A stretch of DNA of 63,534 bases, the filler included, from Perkinsus chesapeaki ATCC PRA-425 (taxonomy: Eukaryota > Protista > Perkinsozoa): assembly GCA_013115145.1 (NCBI GenBank). It is 18 parts of 18 records of this genome, joined end to end, with 100 filler letters (N's around TTAATTAATTAA, not from the genome) between each part and the next. Parts side by side here need not be neighbours in the genome. Positions count along the whole stretch, not along the records: positions 62,248 to 63,534 come from JAAPAO010002057.1; 17 more parts are not named here. One strand, written 5' to 3'. The notes under the pieces are model-generated. The model was not told the origin of the DNA. It saw only the letters and a program-made list of their open reading frames with translations, and did no database searches. A program made the position numbers and the translations under genes. The first letter of the stretch is position 1. The number at the start of each line of letters is the position of its first letter. This document shows, in pieces, positions 62,148 to 63,534 of the stretch.

Positions 62148-63534
62148 NNNNNNNNNNNNNNNNNNNNNNNNNNNNNNNNNNNNNNNNNNNNTTAATTAAT
62201 TAANNNNNNNNNNNNNNNNNNNNNNNNNNNNNNNNNNNNNNNNNNNNATATGTAATACTAGCTTAGTCTAGCCATAATAATATCATAAGGCTAAAATAAA
62301 GGGACAACTATTCTGTGTTTTATAGATTCTTCACCATCTGGGTTTGTAAAGTGTTACTTGTATTGGTAACATGGGTTAGCAAGCTTGTAGAACTTCAAGC
62401 AATAAACTAGTTATTCAACAACGGTATCTTGAAAAAGGGCATTTCATTACATTAGTGATTCTGAAGCCTGTGGCATACTATGACCAGAATGTGAGGATAT
62501 CACAGTAGTGAGTATTTCAGCAAAGAAAGGCGTGTCTGCGCTTAAGGACAGTTTTGATTGACAGCAATTTTGACTTCCGACTTAGAACCCACTCTATAGT
62601 GATAGACCAACTCATCAACAACATCCAAAGTTCATATGAGGAAGATCTAACAAGAGTTGCTAGTTTTATGGGGTCAGTTACTGCCAGTGGTACTGCCTCA
62701 GTACTCTACTAGGGTGCGGTGCCTTTATCATTGCCTTCTCTACTAGAAGAAAGTGACAACTCGAGAGCAACGTTTTCTCTCCGAGAACAAGCATAACGAT
62801 GCAATTGATGAAACACCGAAGGTGGCATAGACGTCGTTACACGGTAGATGGCGGGATGATCCCGCCGGGATCGCACTTCCCTTACTTTAAAAACTGAAAC
62901 TTAACATTCAGAACTGGAAGAAGAAAGAATTCGCCTGCGACAATGCATGAAGTATTCCGGTTATTGAGTCATAGTTCGTTTGCAGGGTTTATCTTTCATC
63001 GTCACAAGTGGGATTGGCCGGCAAGCTGATCATCAATAAAACTGCTCTAGCTGTGGTATTGACATCTCCTCCTTGAGATGGCGAGAGAGGAGAAGTTACC
63101 ATGAAAACTCTAGTTCGGTTTACTCTAATTACATTTAAAAGGAGTTTGTGAGACGTCTGATGAAATTTGAGGTGTCTGTGATACGTGTGGTAGGCCATGG
63201 CTTGGCCATTCACACAGCTAGCTTTAATGACAATATTAGAGGAGGCATCATGCTTGTACACTGTACCAGCTGAAAGAAGTAAAACGGTCTCCGCAATCAG
63301 TTTGGGAAGAGCAGATACTGACACTTCCAGTCTGTTCTGAAATTCTTCAGTGAGTGATCTCACAAAACTAACACAACAGAAGTAGAGGAGTTTTCGACAA
63401 AATCAACTACTTAGTCGTTGAAGACGAAAAGGATGCTTTCGACTTCAGCTGAACAATAGAATAGCAAAAAGGTTGATAAAATAGAAATTACGATATGTTT
63501 ACATAGTAGAAGGAGTAACTTCGCCCTCGGATTC

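Noticed and set aside
62989-63363. 124-aa minus-strand ORF in the last contig
   Set aside because: No recognisable domain, and the surrounding frames are full of stops. Probably decayed sequence.

Overview
This is eukaryotic DNA, not one contiguous locus. About 19 short contigs are joined by artificial 100-nt spacers (44 N + TTAATTAATTAA + 44 N), with one true N gap at 16576-16673. Short GT-AG introns, tandem gene copies, alveolate-like pyruvate kinases and the retroelement content suggest an alveolate, most likely Perkinsus (inference, no database check). Host genes: two tandem P5B-type ATPases, an ATG16-like gene, ADAL/MAPDA, a GSKIP-like gene, ALG13, an MFSD1-like transporter, TRAPPC5, a thioredoxin with a bipartite leader, three tandem pyruvate kinases and two paralogues of an unknown secreted glycoprotein. 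Mobile DNA: one full-length Ngaro-type tyrosine-recombinase (YR) retrotransposon with A1..B1-A2-B2 split direct repeats, a second interrupted YR element, several divergent protease-bearing LTR-type elements (one with CCCH-finger Gag), a LINE 3' end and MITE-like elements. The most unusual signals are (1) widespread perfect, often serially overlapping fold-back palindromes, including a 171-nt insertion built from inverted copies of its own flanks, (2) a canonical -1 frameshift signal at the gag/pol junction of one YR element, and (3) an in-frame gag-UGA-pol junction in the other.
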